A stretch of DNA of 64,000 nt from Porphyridium purpureum. Lineage: Eukaryota. The notes below the pieces were generated by a model. The model made no database searches, was not told the DNA's origin, and saw only the letters and a list, made by a program, of their open reading frames with translations. This document shows, piece after piece, positions 49,612-61,047 of this stretch. Numbering within the stretch: the stretch's first letter is position 1; every line of letters begins with the position of its first letter. The stretch spans positions 62,001-126,000 of the forward strand of contig VRMN01000012.1 in the NCBI GenBank assembly GCA_008690995.1. Direction: 5' to 3'. Both the position numbers and the translations under genes were made by a program.

Positions 49612-52491
49612 ATGACTGCAAGCACGATGGCGCGGCATGGTCTGAGCGCTCTCGCGCTGGTCCTGCTGGTGTTCGGTGCGGCACACGCCGTCCCGATGAC
49701 CACTAACCAACGCCTCGTCGTTCCGGAAGACATTTGCTACACGTCTCAAGGCATTGAGATTTACGGCTGCGGGCGCGGCTGGCTAGACCCGAACGATCCG
49801 TACTATCCGTTCCTGCTGCCTATCAAGATTAATGAGGGCCTTTCGCCGGCGGACAATGTCTTTGAGCTCAAGTGCCCCTCGGACCGAATCGTTTACGCTG
49901 GTGGGAACTGCATGTGGTCGTCATTCGAGGCAGCTGCGAACCCACAAAGCACCTGCCCAGGTCTGTTCAACGCGGGCGACGATTCCAACTTTGCCGTGCC
50001 GACACCAATCTACCCCGACTCGCCGATGACGGTTGTCGAGGCCCTCGTGGACACGGACAAATGGATGATTGTCGACGACGATCTCCATAAAATCGCGTTC
50101 TCGGGCGAGAGCTGGGCGGATCACAAGGGCTTTGGACTTGTTTCGGTCACCGACCACGAGTACTCGACCATGTTTGAAAAGCTTGTGGTGTTCAGCACGG
50201 GAGGCGCCGCCGAAGGCGTACACGCGCGTGAGATGTGCAAGGAGGCGTATGGAACTAACAACGGTGGTTCCAGCGATGACAAGTTTGCAGCAAATGGCGA
50301 CAAGGCCCCCTTCTTGGGCGTGTGCACGACTGACTTCAACGATCCGTCCAGCGTGGTAGCAGAGACGAGCTCGTGCGCCGTGATTCAGTTCTATTTGTGC
50401 GCCAACGTGGACGGCGTGTGTGATTACGCCAACGCAGCGGCACCTAGGCCTGAACTCGACGATCTCAACTTTGGATTCGGTTTCGCCTCGGACGAGTACC
50501 AACGCTTTGCTGGCCAGTTTGGCGAGGTCACGTTATTCAGCGACGTGTCGGCCATTAGCGTGGTAAGGCTCGGGCTTCCGACCGAGCCAAACTATCCTTA
50601 CACGACTCTGTGGGACCAGGCGACGATGACTATTGTTGGGAACCGTGCGCAACTGCCAAATGGCTTGGGCGAGGTGTCTGTCGGAAACGTGAACCTGCAG
50701 ACCAACCCGACCTTTTTCAGCAGCCAAGACAGCGTGTCCAACGCCAAGATTGAATCTTTCGGTTGGTCGCGCTTCCTGGAGGCTCCGTACGCGGAGAAGA
50801 TTTACCAGAATACGGTGTACAAGTTTACCGTTGGTGTCTGCGACTGCGGAGCTGATGGTACGTCGTGGAGCTCGGCGCTTTATATGGGCGCTGACTCGAT
50901 CACGCGCTGTGACTTTACGCCGAGCACCAGCGTGTGCTCGTACGACGAGTCTGTGTACACGAAGATTGGTGAAACCTCGGATGGTGTCATTCAGCTGCAA
51001 TTGCTCCCGACAAAGTGCCCCGTGTCGCTCGTTCCGACATTTAGCAACGAGTGTGGCGGAGACGACCAAGTGATGACCAAGGTGAGCACGACGTCGAATG
51101 GCGACGGATCGATCACCCAGGTGTTCGAATCTCCGTACCGCCCGGATAGCGCGTTCGGACGCTGCTCGTACCAGTTGTTCGGTGTGGATGAGGTTCTGCC
51201 CACCGCAAGCATTGATGTGAGTCCAGGTGCGGCAAAGATCCAGGGGGCGGCCGGTGCACCAGTACAATTCACGTGGTCCGCTTCGGGGTGCAACCTGATC
51301 AATGTGGAAATCGCGTACGATTCGAATGACGCGGCACCCGCAACAAAGATGCCGGTTGCGGCTACGCATATCGAGGCGTACGCTGCACCGTACCCACAGG
51401 CAGACCAAGACGTCGAGACCGTGACGTACTTCTACGCCAAGTCGGCCGACAAGAAGGCCACCGACCAGCCAGGTGTGACTTACAAATTGGAGCTTGGAAC
51501 AACAGAGTACGTTGCGGTCATTACGGTAACGGATTCATTCGGTCGCACGGCGACTGCCTCTGTTCCTGTGTGCATCGCCGAGGACTGGACGAACCCGACA
51601 GGAGTGGACGCCAACGGTGACTGCCTCGTGAAGGATTTGTTCGGAGCGTGTGTGCCGAACATTGACTCTTTTACCTGCGACGTCGGAGGGACACCTTCTC
51701 CAAGCCCAAGCCCAAGCCCAAGCCCGAGCCCGAGCCCGAGCCCAAGTCCGAGCCCAAGCCCAAGCCCAAGCCCAAGCCCAAGCCCAAGCCCAAGCCCAAG
51801 CCCAAGCCCAGCACCACCAGCGCTTGAATACTGCTGCTCAGCGAACGATGACGGTGCAGTGTGCGCGGTGGTGTCAGAGGAGCCGAAGGCAACTAAGGAT
51901 TGCTCATCCTCATCAGGCAGCAGCGGCAGTGAGAAGAGCGGATCTGAATCCGAGAGCTCGGACAGCGACAAGGAAAGTGGCACGGAACGCTCGTCGGGAG
52001 GCAGCGGCAGCGAGAAGAGTGACTCCAAGTCGGAAAGCTCTGGCAGTGAGAAGGAAGTGAGGAGACTGTGGAAATGGTCACGCTCAAAGTCTGGGAAGTC
52101 GGGCTCAGACTCGAAATCATCGAGCGGGTCGGACTCGGGCTCAGAGTCTGAGGTCGAGTCGATCGGAACACCATGCTGCCCATGTAAGTGCCCGGCACCG
52201 CCGCCGACGCTTCCGACATGTGGCAAGGGCAGTGGCTCGGAATCCGAGAAGAGCGGCTCGGAGAAGAGCGGCTCGGAGAAGAGCGGCTCGGAGAAGAGCG
52301 GTTCGGAAAAGAGCGGCTCGGAGAAGAGCGGTTCGGAGAAGAGCTGTTCGGAAAAGAGCGGCTCGGAGAAGAGTGGCTCGGAGAAGAGTGGCTCGGAATC
52401 CGAGAAGCGTGGCTCGAAATCGAACAAGCGTGGCTCGAAGGGCTCTGGCAGTGAGTCGGAAAGCTGCGATTCCAAGTCGGAGAGCGATTAG
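49612..52491 (+). CDS. Secreted protein A: Cys-rich N-domain, (SP)19 linker, Cys motifs, SEKSG-repeat tail
   Basis: Signal-peptide-like LSALALVLLVFGAAHA; EYCCS..GAVC; PCCPCKCP..PTCG; TATA-like sequence near 49484. Confidence 0.85.
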   Translation: MTASTMARHGLSALALVLLVFGAAHAVPMTTNQRLVVPEDICYTSQGIEIYGCGRGWLDPNDPYYPFLLPIKINEGLSPADNVFELKCPSDRIVYAGGNCMWSSFEAAANPQSTCPGLFNAGDDSNFAVPTPIYPDSPMTVVEALVDTDKWMIVDDDLHKIAFSGESWADHKGFGLVSVTDHEYSTMFEKLVVFSTGGAAEGVHAREMCKEAYGTNNGGSSDDKFAANGDKAPFLGVCTTDFNDPSSVVAETSSCAVIQFYLCANVDGVCDYANAAAPRPELDDLNFGFGFASDEYQRFAGQFGEVTLFSDVSAISVVRLGLPTEPNYPYTTLWDQATMTIVGNRAQLPNGLGEVSVGNVNLQTNPTFFSSQDSVSNAKIESFGWSRFLEAPYAEKIYQNTVYKFTVGVCDCGADGTSWSSALYMGADSITRCDFTPSTSVCSYDESVYTKIGETSDGVIQLQLLPTKCPVSLVPTFSNECGGDDQVMTKVSTTSNGDGSITQVFESPYRPDSAFGRCSYQLFGVDEVLPTASIDVSPGAAKIQGAAGAPVQFTWSASGCNLINVEIAYDSNDAAPATKMPVAATHIEAYAAPYPQADQDVETVTYFYAKSADKKATDQPGVTYKLELGTTEYVAVITVTDSFGRTATASVPVCIAEDWTNPTGVDANGDCLVKDLFGACVPNIDSFTCDVGGTPSPSPSPSPSPSPSPSPSPSPSPSPSPSPSPSPSPSPSPAPPALEYCCSANDDGAVCAVVSEEPKATKDCSSSSGSSGSEKSGSESESSDSDKESGTERSSGGSGSEKSDSKSESSGSEKEVRRLWKWSRSKSGKSGSDSKSSSGSDSGSESEVESIGTPCCPCKCPAPPPTLPTCGKGSGSESEKSGSEKSGSEKSGSEKSGSEKSGSEKSGSEKSCSEKSGSEKSGSEKSGSESEKRGSKSNKRGSKGSGSESESCDSKSESD
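51697..51810 (+). repeat. 6-bp coding repeat encoding (Ser-Pro)19
   Basis: AGCCCA/AGCCCG units. Confidence 0.95.
52243..52392 (+). repeat. 15-bp coding repeat encoding SEKSG x10
   Basis: TCGGAGAAGAGCGGC-type units; one unit reads SEKSC. Confidence 0.95.
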
Positions 52492-52739
52492 GCAATCAAT
52501 TTTGAAAGTATACCACTCCACAGCACAACTGTTGGACGTGGTTCGAGGAATAAGATGAGAAAGTAACCATTGCGACTAAAGACATACCCTGATAGGAATT
52601 TTTGGATAAATCACCTTGAAGCCGAGCCACATTGGTGTCCGAGCGCGCAGCCCGTTTCCAGCACGGCGGATACGTTGGGCCCTTTCTCCAGTTCGGCGCG
52701 CGCACGGTTGCTCTGCTGTCATCCGCCCCCAAGCCACTC

Positions 52740-53165
52740 CGCGCAATTCAGTGACACCACCGCACCTCCACGGCGCCTTTCTGCGCGCCCCGCGCAACCC
52801 TCGCGCTCCAGCTCCTCCGTCACACGCACCCGCCGCGCCCGCGCGATTCCGGCGCCCGGCCCCACCCTCCCGACCGCGCCTAACCCTCAACCGCGCGCGC
52901 ATTACACGGCCCAATTCGCGTGACGTCCACTGTACCTCATGCGTTGGGGCTAGTGGTGCAGACACTGTACCGCACGGTGTGGTGGTTTGGCGAGTTGAGC
53001 GGCGCGGCGCAAAGCGGATTCACGCACGCTTCTGAGGCGCGTGTGGCGTGTTCGGAAAAAGGAAAGGAGGAGGGAATAAAAGAGGGAATGAAGGGAGGAA
53101 CTAAGGAATGAAGGTCGAATTCAAAAGCCGCAAATCATCCGCTTGAACGGCGCACGCAAAGGACG
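52740..53165 (+). repeat. Diverged non-coding upstream block, copy at about 63530-63995
   Basis: Shared CGCATTACAC..CCAATTC, CTGTACCT.ATGC, GACACTGTACCGCA, GCGAGTTG and GGTCGAATTCA in the same order. Confidence 0.7.
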
Positions 53166-53812
53166 CGTCAGAAAAAAGGCCGATGCACATGAATGGGGAA
53201 ATATCTGCGCGCTAGACCTCAGAGAGGGAGGGTTAGAGACGGTATGTGGCGAGCCGTTTTTCCAGACGCATCGGAAACTGCCGTGCGTGTTTTATGTGTG
53301 TGGCACACTTGGGTCGGCGGCCGGTTTGAAAGGTTGCTGGACACCAGCGCACGGAGACACGCAGAGAAAATAGCGTGCTTTGCGATGAGATCATGCAATG
53401 GATCATGCCGCTGCGCAGACATGTTGGCAACGCAGCAGAGGCGGAAGGCCGGCGTTTCTGCGGCTCGTGGCACGAAGCGAGGGCCGTCCTAGCTTCACAC
53501 GCAACGCTGTGGAACGTATCATCGGCGTTATACCATCGAGCGCGGGTGCGAGTGAATTGCTCGTGTTTGCTACATCGTGCGCCTATATAAAGGCGCGCAG
53601 ACGCGTGTTCTCGCGTGGTGTTGTTCATGATGTTGCGTATCAAAGTCGGCGAAGCAAAGGGTAAGGATAGGAGCAAGGAAGGAGAGGCGCGACCTAGAAG
53701 TCGAGACAGCTGCGCGGCTGTCTGAAGAGGGGAAGGAAAGTAGGCGTCAAGGGTGGTTGACGCAGGCATAGGAAATTACAAGCCCAGCTTTGTCAGGCAG
53801 ATACACAATACC

Positions 53813-54892
53813 ATGGACACCCGAAAGCATGGTATGTTGGCTTCGGGCCTAATGCTACTCTGCGTCCTCCATGTACTCGTCCGAGGCACCCAGGCGCAGG
53901 CAAGTGCAGGTATTGTTTACGGCATTGAGCGTGACACCGTGGAGAAGAACGTTTTCGCCATTGACTTCTCCGCCGGCTTGGGTATGGAGCCGACCACGAC
54001 TCTGGTCGCAAACATGACAAAGGCCGCGGCCGAGGATCCAGATTTCCCGCAGCAATGCATCGGATACGTGAACGGGGTGACGCGCACGGGGGCTCTGTAT
54101 GAATTCTCACCAAACGGACTGGCGTACGACGGCGACTCCCGGCTGTACTTCGCCGCGTTCGACCGATTTGGCATGACGGCGTCACGTTTGTGCTTCTACT
54201 CATTCGAGACCAACTCGTTTGGGCTGGCCGCCAGCCTCGGTCCGACTGTGACGGCTGCCGCGTTTGACCCGAACACATACCAGTACGTGTGGATCGACCA
54301 GGGCGCCCTGCAATCTGAGGGTGGTATTCTGGTCCTCCAGTTCGCGCGACTGGACAGGACGACGGGCCAGATCATGGAGCGAGTGACTAACACTCTGTTC
54401 CGCGATGTGACGACGGACCCGAATGCCCCAGCTGCCGAGTTGCCGTTCACTTATCGTGGCGGCGATTTGGCCATTGACGCCACTGGTATGTTGTACGGCA
54501 GCAGCGTCGGAACGGGCGGAGGCTTCAAGTACTTCTTTTCCATCGACTTGGACTATGCTGCCGGAGACCTCGGCGCAACTCCCGGAACGGCGTACGCGTA
54601 CCGACTCATCCACGCAGATCCAGCGGACTCGACGCAGGTGAGCACTCTGACCGGGTTCGCAACTGCAGATCAGCTGGCATTTGACGCGGATGGGAGGTTG
54701 ATCAGCCAAGACAGCGAGCGAGGCATCTTTAGTGTCGTGGACACTGCGACAGGTGCGAACGGTGAGCTGGGCGTTGAGGGTGTGGATTTCGTCAGGCTGT
54801 TCCAGTTTGGCGTGCTGCGTACTTTTGCAGACCTTGCCTCGGCTCTGGTCTTTGAAGCGCCGACACCGACGCCATCACCATCGCCGTCGCCA

Positions 54893-54951
<59 letters not shown>

Positions 54952-55373
54952 ATCGCCATCGCCATCGCCATCGCCGTCGCCATCACCATCGCATCGCGCG
55001 CATCGCGTCGCCGTCGCCATCGCCGTCGCCGTCGCCGTCGCCGTCACCGTCACCGTCGCCGTCGCCGTCGCCATCGCCATCGCCAGTGCCGACGCCAGCG
55101 CCAGAGTTCTGCTGCTCCCCAGAAGACGAAGGCGCCGAGTGCGACGTGGTAACACAGCTGCCGGATGATACATCGGAGAGCGATGATGAGAGTCACAGAA
55201 TGCTTGCGAGCATTCGCAGCGATCGCGTCCGTCGCACATTCTCAAGCTCGGACTCGGATGCAGAGTCTACGGAGCTGCCGTGCTGCCCGTGCACGTGCCC
55301 GATGCCGCCACCAACTGCTCCAGTGTGTGGGAATGTTGGAAGTGATACGAGCAGCAGCAGCGACAGCGACTAA
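53813..55373 (+). CDS. Secreted paralog B (possible beta-propeller domain, SP repeat, Cys motifs) with a frameshift in the SP repeat
   Basis: Highly similar to paralogs C and D; the frame changes near 54990-55010 and the conserved EFCCSP/PCCPC tail lies in ORF 54732-55373. Confidence 0.75.
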
Positions 55374-57632
55374 GATTGGAATGGCAGAGGCTCGGAGAGC
55401 GAGTAGATGAATCAATTCGATGCCATGCCATTGAAAATGTACTGCTAGCGATGGAGTACACTGGAATTGTTGATGAGAAGTAAAGGATAAGAGACTTCAT
55501 CGCAAATACCATGTTGCTTGGGTCTGGATTGATGGTTGAGGCGAGCGACACTGCACGCCAGTATCAGCTCCTCTTCGATCTAGCGTGTGTGCCACCTTTC
55601 TACACGCCGTCGCCTCCGTGATTGAATGTCTATTCTTATCTAGGCCGTCGTCGATGCTAAATTCTTTGCGACTTACTGCCTGGTTCTCCGTGCCTCGTTC
55701 TCCGCCAGTACATCCATATCATCTGATGAGTATGTGCGAAGAAAAAACTTGGAATGCCGCATGAGATCACGTGCCCCCCTGCGCCTTTTCTTCTGACCAA
55801 GTAGGCCCAGTAAAAGAAGAAACTCGGTAGCTTCCACAAGAGCGCATTCTTACACTCCACAGCTCTGACGAACCTCTACTTTCCAAGCTCGGCCCTGCAT
55901 TGGCCGCAGCTTCCGCACTGATCTGCATTGTACGCCACGCCTCGCGTTCAAAGACCATCACCGCCGCCACGGCCCGAGAAGCCGCCTGACCACCACTTGC
56001 ATTGACCCTGGCGACGTCCACAATGCCTGTGGCCGACGCCGAAGAGTGACCGCCACGCACCCTTCCAACCCGTGCGCCACCTTGGCCTCCCCGCACCGCC
56101 ATCTCGTCGCGCCGCTGCTCCTTGCCGACACTGAACACCCAACCACCGGGTGTACACTGTACCCCTAAGTACAGTACAGCGGGTGTCCACTCGCCAGCCG
56201 TGCGTGTTCAGTGCGCAGAACACGGCCTTCCACGCGGCAGCCCTTCCTTGCTTCCTGGACACGCGCCAACCCCCCTTTTCCAGCACACCACCCGGCTCAC
56301 TACCTCTTTCACAACCACAAACACCACCGCCGAGCTATTTCTGGAAGTGACACCACCCCAATTCTACGCACGCCCCCCCTCCATCTCTTTCTACGTGGCA
56401 CGCTTCTTCCTCGCCATGCCCCTGCTCCTCTTTCCTCCTGCTCCACCACACGCACCAGTTGCTCCTCCATATGATTCATTATATTCCAGCGTGTCACAGC
56501 GTGTGGTGCAAGCGGCGCAAGTGGCGCACTGTCAACCACCCCTTCCACCACCCACTGTACCCCCACCACCAACCCCCATTTTACTACCATTCACACCGAC
56601 TTACACTGCTGTCCGTTCCCCCATCGCGTGATGCTGACACTGTAACGCGTCGACGGGCGGCGTGGCGGCGTGCTTGTGGTGTGTTGGCGCGCTGTGGCAT
56701 CGTCGTGTGGCACCACGCACCACGCGCAGCGACAGCGCGTGGTTTCTACTGTGCGGCGCACAATCTTCCCACAAATCAGCACACGTCACTCACGCCCGTG
56801 GCGTGTGCCATGTGTGTGGCATTGTCGCCCGAAAAGGAGGAAGCGCACAGCCACAACGAACACCGAACGTAGAACAAAAGTCAGAACGATCATTCTTCCA
56901 CGTCGCCAAGAACAGAAAGCTCGTATGCGAAAGCAGAGAGGGAATGAACGGCGGAAAGAAGGAATAAAAATAAATCCACGCATCTGAGCGGCCTTGAATC
57001 AGAGAATCGGGCGGAATCGGGCAGAATCGAGCAAACAACAAAGCGAAAGCGCCAAAGAGTCGGTTCCAGACGCGTCGAAACCGTGTTGCGTGCGTGTGGT
57101 GGCACATTAGGGAGATGGGTGGGTTGGGGTATTAAGGGTCATTTTTTATTTTTATTTTTTTGGGTGGTTAGGAGCACATGCGCTATGCTATGATGAGAGA
57201 ATTACACACAGCGCGCTTTGGCGAGGAGCCGCAGCGGCGATGATGCGGGTGCGTGGCGTGGTGGCGCAGACATGCTGGCATTGTGGGAGCGCCGCAGCGC
57301 CGCCGTTCCACGGGCTCGTGGCATAATCAAGGGCACGCGGTCGGTCCGGGCGTCAGATTGCGCGCTGTGGAATGTGCCACCGCCGATATCGCACCGACGA
57401 GCTCGGGTGCGACTGAATTGGGACTGTTTTGGGCAACATGGCGCGTCTATATAATGTCGCGCACGCGCGTGCAGTGAACATCCCTCGAGACAACTGGACT
57501 CAGAGCAAGGACAGTGAGAAGCAGAAGCAGGGAGAGAAAGGAGTTTGACCACAAGCAGAAGATCAAGGAGCGTGCAAGGGTGACTGGAGGAGCAAAGAGC
57601 AAAGACTTGGCAGGCCCTGGCACAACATCAGG

Positions 57633-59342
57633 ATGGGTGTTCGCATTCGTAGTGGGCTGGCTTCGTGCTTGCTCCTGCTTTGCGTTGTGCATTTCCACAT
57701 CCGAAGCACGCAAGCCCTGGAAAATGCAGGCATTGTTTACGCCATTGAGCGCGATACCATGCAAAAGAATATTTTCGCGCTGGACTTTTCCGCCGGTTTG
57801 GGTATGGAGCCGACCACCACGCTGGTCGCAAATATGACAAAGGCCGCGGCTGAGGATCCAGATGGGTTCCCGATGGATTGCTTTGGATACGTGAACGGGT
57901 TTACGCGCACAGGGCCTCTGTACGAGTTTTCACCGAATGGATTAGCGTACGATGGCGACTCGCGCCTGTACTTCGTCGCATTTGACCAATATGGAATGAC
58001 GACATCACGCCTGTGCTTCTATTCGATTGCGACCGATACGTTCGAGTTTGCTGCCAATCTTGGCCAGCCTGTGATGGGCGCCGCCTTCGACTCAAAGACG
58101 TATCAATATGTGTGGATCGACCAAGGCGAGCAGCAAAACATGGGCGGCATTCTGGTCCTGCAGTTCGCGCGCCTGGACAAAACGACGGGCCAGATCATGG
58201 AGCAAGTGACCAACACCATGTTCCGCAATGTGACGACAGACCCGATGGCACCGGCTGGCGAATTGCCGTTCACTTTTCGAGGCGGCGATATGGCAATCGA
58301 CTGTGGCGGCATGCTGTACGGCAGCAGCGTCGGGACGGGCGGTGGCTTCAAGTACTTCTTTACCATCGACTTGGATTACGCTGCCGGAGACCTTGGCGAA
58401 ACTTCTGCAATGCCGTACGATTACCGACTCATCCATGCAGACGTACCTGACGACCCCAGTCAGGTGAGCACATTGACCGGGTTTGCAACTGCAGATCAGC
58501 TGGCATTTGACATGGACGGGAGATTGATCAGCCAAGACAGTGAGCTCGGCGTCTTCAGTGCTGTAGATACTGCGACAGGAGCGAATGGTGAGCTGGGCGT
58601 TGAGGGTGTGGATTATGTGCGGCTCTTCCAGATGGGCATACTGCGCACTTTTGCAGACCTTGCCTCTTCTCAGAACTGCGGAGGGTCAACACCCACGCCA
58701 ACACCCACGCCAACACCCATGCCAACACCCATGCCAACACCCACGCCAATGCCCACTCCAATGCCAGAGTACTGCTGCTCGCCAGATGACGAAGGTGCCA
58801 TGTGTGACATGGCACCACACGTGCCGGGAGAAAGCTCGGACAGCGACCATGAAAACATGAAGATGGTTTTGAGCACGCGCAGCCACAGCAACCACGCCCG
58901 AGGCCGCGGCCGCGGACACCGTTGCCAAGGTCGTGGTCATGGTCATGGTCATGGTCATGGCCACGGTCATGGTCACGGTCACGATGATGATTGTGGTTCA
59001 AGCTCTGGCTCGGACGCAGAGTCGACAGACATGCCGTGCTGCCCGTGCAAGTGCCCGACACCGCCACCAACTGATCCAGTGTGTGGAAACGTAGGAAGCG
59101 ACAAGAGCGACAAGAGCGACAAGAGCGACAAAAGCGACAAGAGCGACAAGAGCGACAAGAGCGACAAGAGCGACAAGAGCGACAAAAGCGACAAAAGCGA
59201 CAAGAGCGACAAGAGCGACAAGAGCGACAAGAGCGACAAGAGCGACAAGAGCGACAAGAGCGACAAGAGCGACAAGAGCGACAAGAGCGACAAGAGTGGC
59301 AGTGAGTCAGAGTCCAACGGCAGTGGCTCAGACAGCGAATAG
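57633..59342 (+). CDS. Secreted paralog C with PT/PM linker, GH repeat and (SDK)22 tail
   Basis: Signal-peptide-like start; shared domain GIVYAIERD...SPNGLAYDG...GGDMAID...DQLAFD; TATA near 57448. Confidence 0.88.
   Translation: MGVRIRSGLASCLLLLCVVHFHIRSTQALENAGIVYAIERDTMQKNIFALDFSAGLGMEPTTTLVANMTKAAAEDPDGFPMDCFGYVNGFTRTGPLYEFSPNGLAYDGDSRLYFVAFDQYGMTTSRLCFYSIATDTFEFAANLGQPVMGAAFDSKTYQYVWIDQGEQQNMGGILVLQFARLDKTTGQIMEQVTNTMFRNVTTDPMAPAGELPFTFRGGDMAIDCGGMLYGSSVGTGGGFKYFFTIDLDYAAGDLGETSAMPYDYRLIHADVPDDPSQVSTLTGFATADQLAFDMDGRLISQDSELGVFSAVDTATGANGELGVEGVDYVRLFQMGILRTFADLASSQNCGGSTPTPTPTPTPMPTPMPTPTPMPTPMPEYCCSPDDEGAMCDMAPHVPGESSDSDHENMKMVLSTRSHSNHARGRGRGHRCQGRGHGHGHGHGHGHGHGHDDDCGSSSGSDAESTDMPCCPCKCPTPPPTDPVCGNVGSDKSDKSDKSDKSDKSDKSDKSDKSDKSDKSDKSDKSDKSDKSDKSDKSDKSDKSDKSDKSDKSDKSGSESESNGSGSDSE
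59097..59294 (+). repeat. 9-bp coding repeat encoding (Ser-Asp-Lys)22
   Basis: AGCGACAAG/AGCGACAAA units. Confidence 0.95.
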
Positions 59343-59915
59343 ATGAAACAATTCAACTGCACAATACGGATTATGCATCCTAATCGATAGAAATGAGAGA
59401 AAACGTGAATGAGGAGTAAAAGATTAGTTAATGCCTTGCGGAAGTTACATTTTTTGGACGTGAGACGCCTTCCCGGCCACATGACAGTACGTACCGCAGT
59501 CAGCTGCTATTCGATAAAATGTGTGTGCGTCACTCGCACCTGCCGTCGGGTCCATGATTGGATGCTTGTTCTGATCCTTGCTGTTGTCGAGGCTAGAATT
59601 TTTCCGGCTCACTGCTTCGTTCTGCATTCCGAGGTCCCCGCAAGTACATCCATATCATCTGATGATCAGATATATAAAAAAAGGGTGCAGATACAAGCCA
59701 AAAAAAGAGAGCAGATCACTTTTGCACCATAATGCCCCAGTTTGCATTCTTGGTGAGACGTTGACCAGCGCAACGCATCACAATCTGGCGCCCATCACGC
59801 CAGAAATACATGGCATGAGTCCAGTTGGGTGTGCGCACCGTATAGAAGCAGCTGACCAAGTTGCGCACTCGGCGAAGGAACTCCACACATTCATGCCACA
59901 GCACACACACAAACA

Positions 59916-59946
<31 letters not shown>

Positions 59947-61047
59947 GCGCGCGCATACAGCGCGATCATCCCGCTTGCTCCGAACCAACGACTCCTGATA
60001 AACAACCGCTGCTTCCCTTGGCCAAATGCATATGAAAGTGGCGTAATTTGTATAGGAAGGATGTACAGTCAGTGTACATGCTCCACGTGCCACGGGTGCG
60101 TGGCACAGCGCGGAATCGCGCCGTCGCGAGCGCGCATGTTGGCGAGCGCGCGTGCGTGAGTCGCAGCGTGTGGAACGTCAACGGCATAACACCAGCACGG
60201 CGCTGCCGACGATGAAATGAACCACACGCACGTATACGTTCACGTATACGGACACGTACACGTACACGAGCAAATGGAGAAAGGAGAAATGACAGAGCGC
60301 CACGAACTCGTGGTACGCGCTTGCAAAGCGATTGTTCGTGAGCAGTTTTGGCTCCCGAAAAAGGCAGATGACGGCATGTGCAAACGAGCACGCGGCAAAA
60401 AAATCCAGAAACGGAAATATCTTGGCGCTTACTCCTTGGGACACGTGGAACTGCGTGAATTGGGCATATTCCAGAGACGCCGGAAGCGCCACGACGCGCG
60501 CCGCTCGGTGCCTGTGCGTCTGGATAACGCTTTCGCTGTTGTTGTGGATTGCGTGGCGCGCTTGGGAGAAGAGGGGTCATTGGTGTGAACACGCTGTAGT
60601 CAGAGGACACTCAGAGCAGTGGAATGGATAGAACTCTGGCGGATACTTGGGCTGGTCGCGTGGTAGTAGGCGAAAGGCGAAAGACTTGTTGGCAACGTGG
60701 GAATGGTTGACTGGCGATCTTCCAGGCAAATGCGAGGAATTCAGCCCACGCATCTATCCGCAGTTGGTACTGTGGAACGTTCCAAGATCATGAGTGTCGT
60801 GGCGCACGTTGCAACCATCTGGAGGCTGCTTCGCGCCGCGCATCGGGTATATAATGGGGACCGCGCGTAGTTTAGTGCAAGAAGTGGGGGAGTGCGGGAC
60901 AGAGAGCAGAGTTGACAAGGAGCATAAGAAGAACGAGAACAGCAAGAAGAATTCGGGCACACGCAGGAAGGGACAGACTCCGTGGTACAGGGATTGAAGC
61001 AGCAAGCGAAGCTGAAGTGGAGGCTCCGGAAGCATTCGCTCGGCATC

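Noticed and set aside
51480..52558. Antisense and off-frame ORFs (GLGLGL, ARRRA, SLLSLL, QERQER) over the secreted genes
   Set aside because: Shadow frames of the coding repeats
59097..59294. Regular short repeats here and at 52243-52392 and 47074-47131 as possible CRISPR arrays
   Set aside because: Head-to-tail units with no unique spacers, no cas genes and a eukaryotic context
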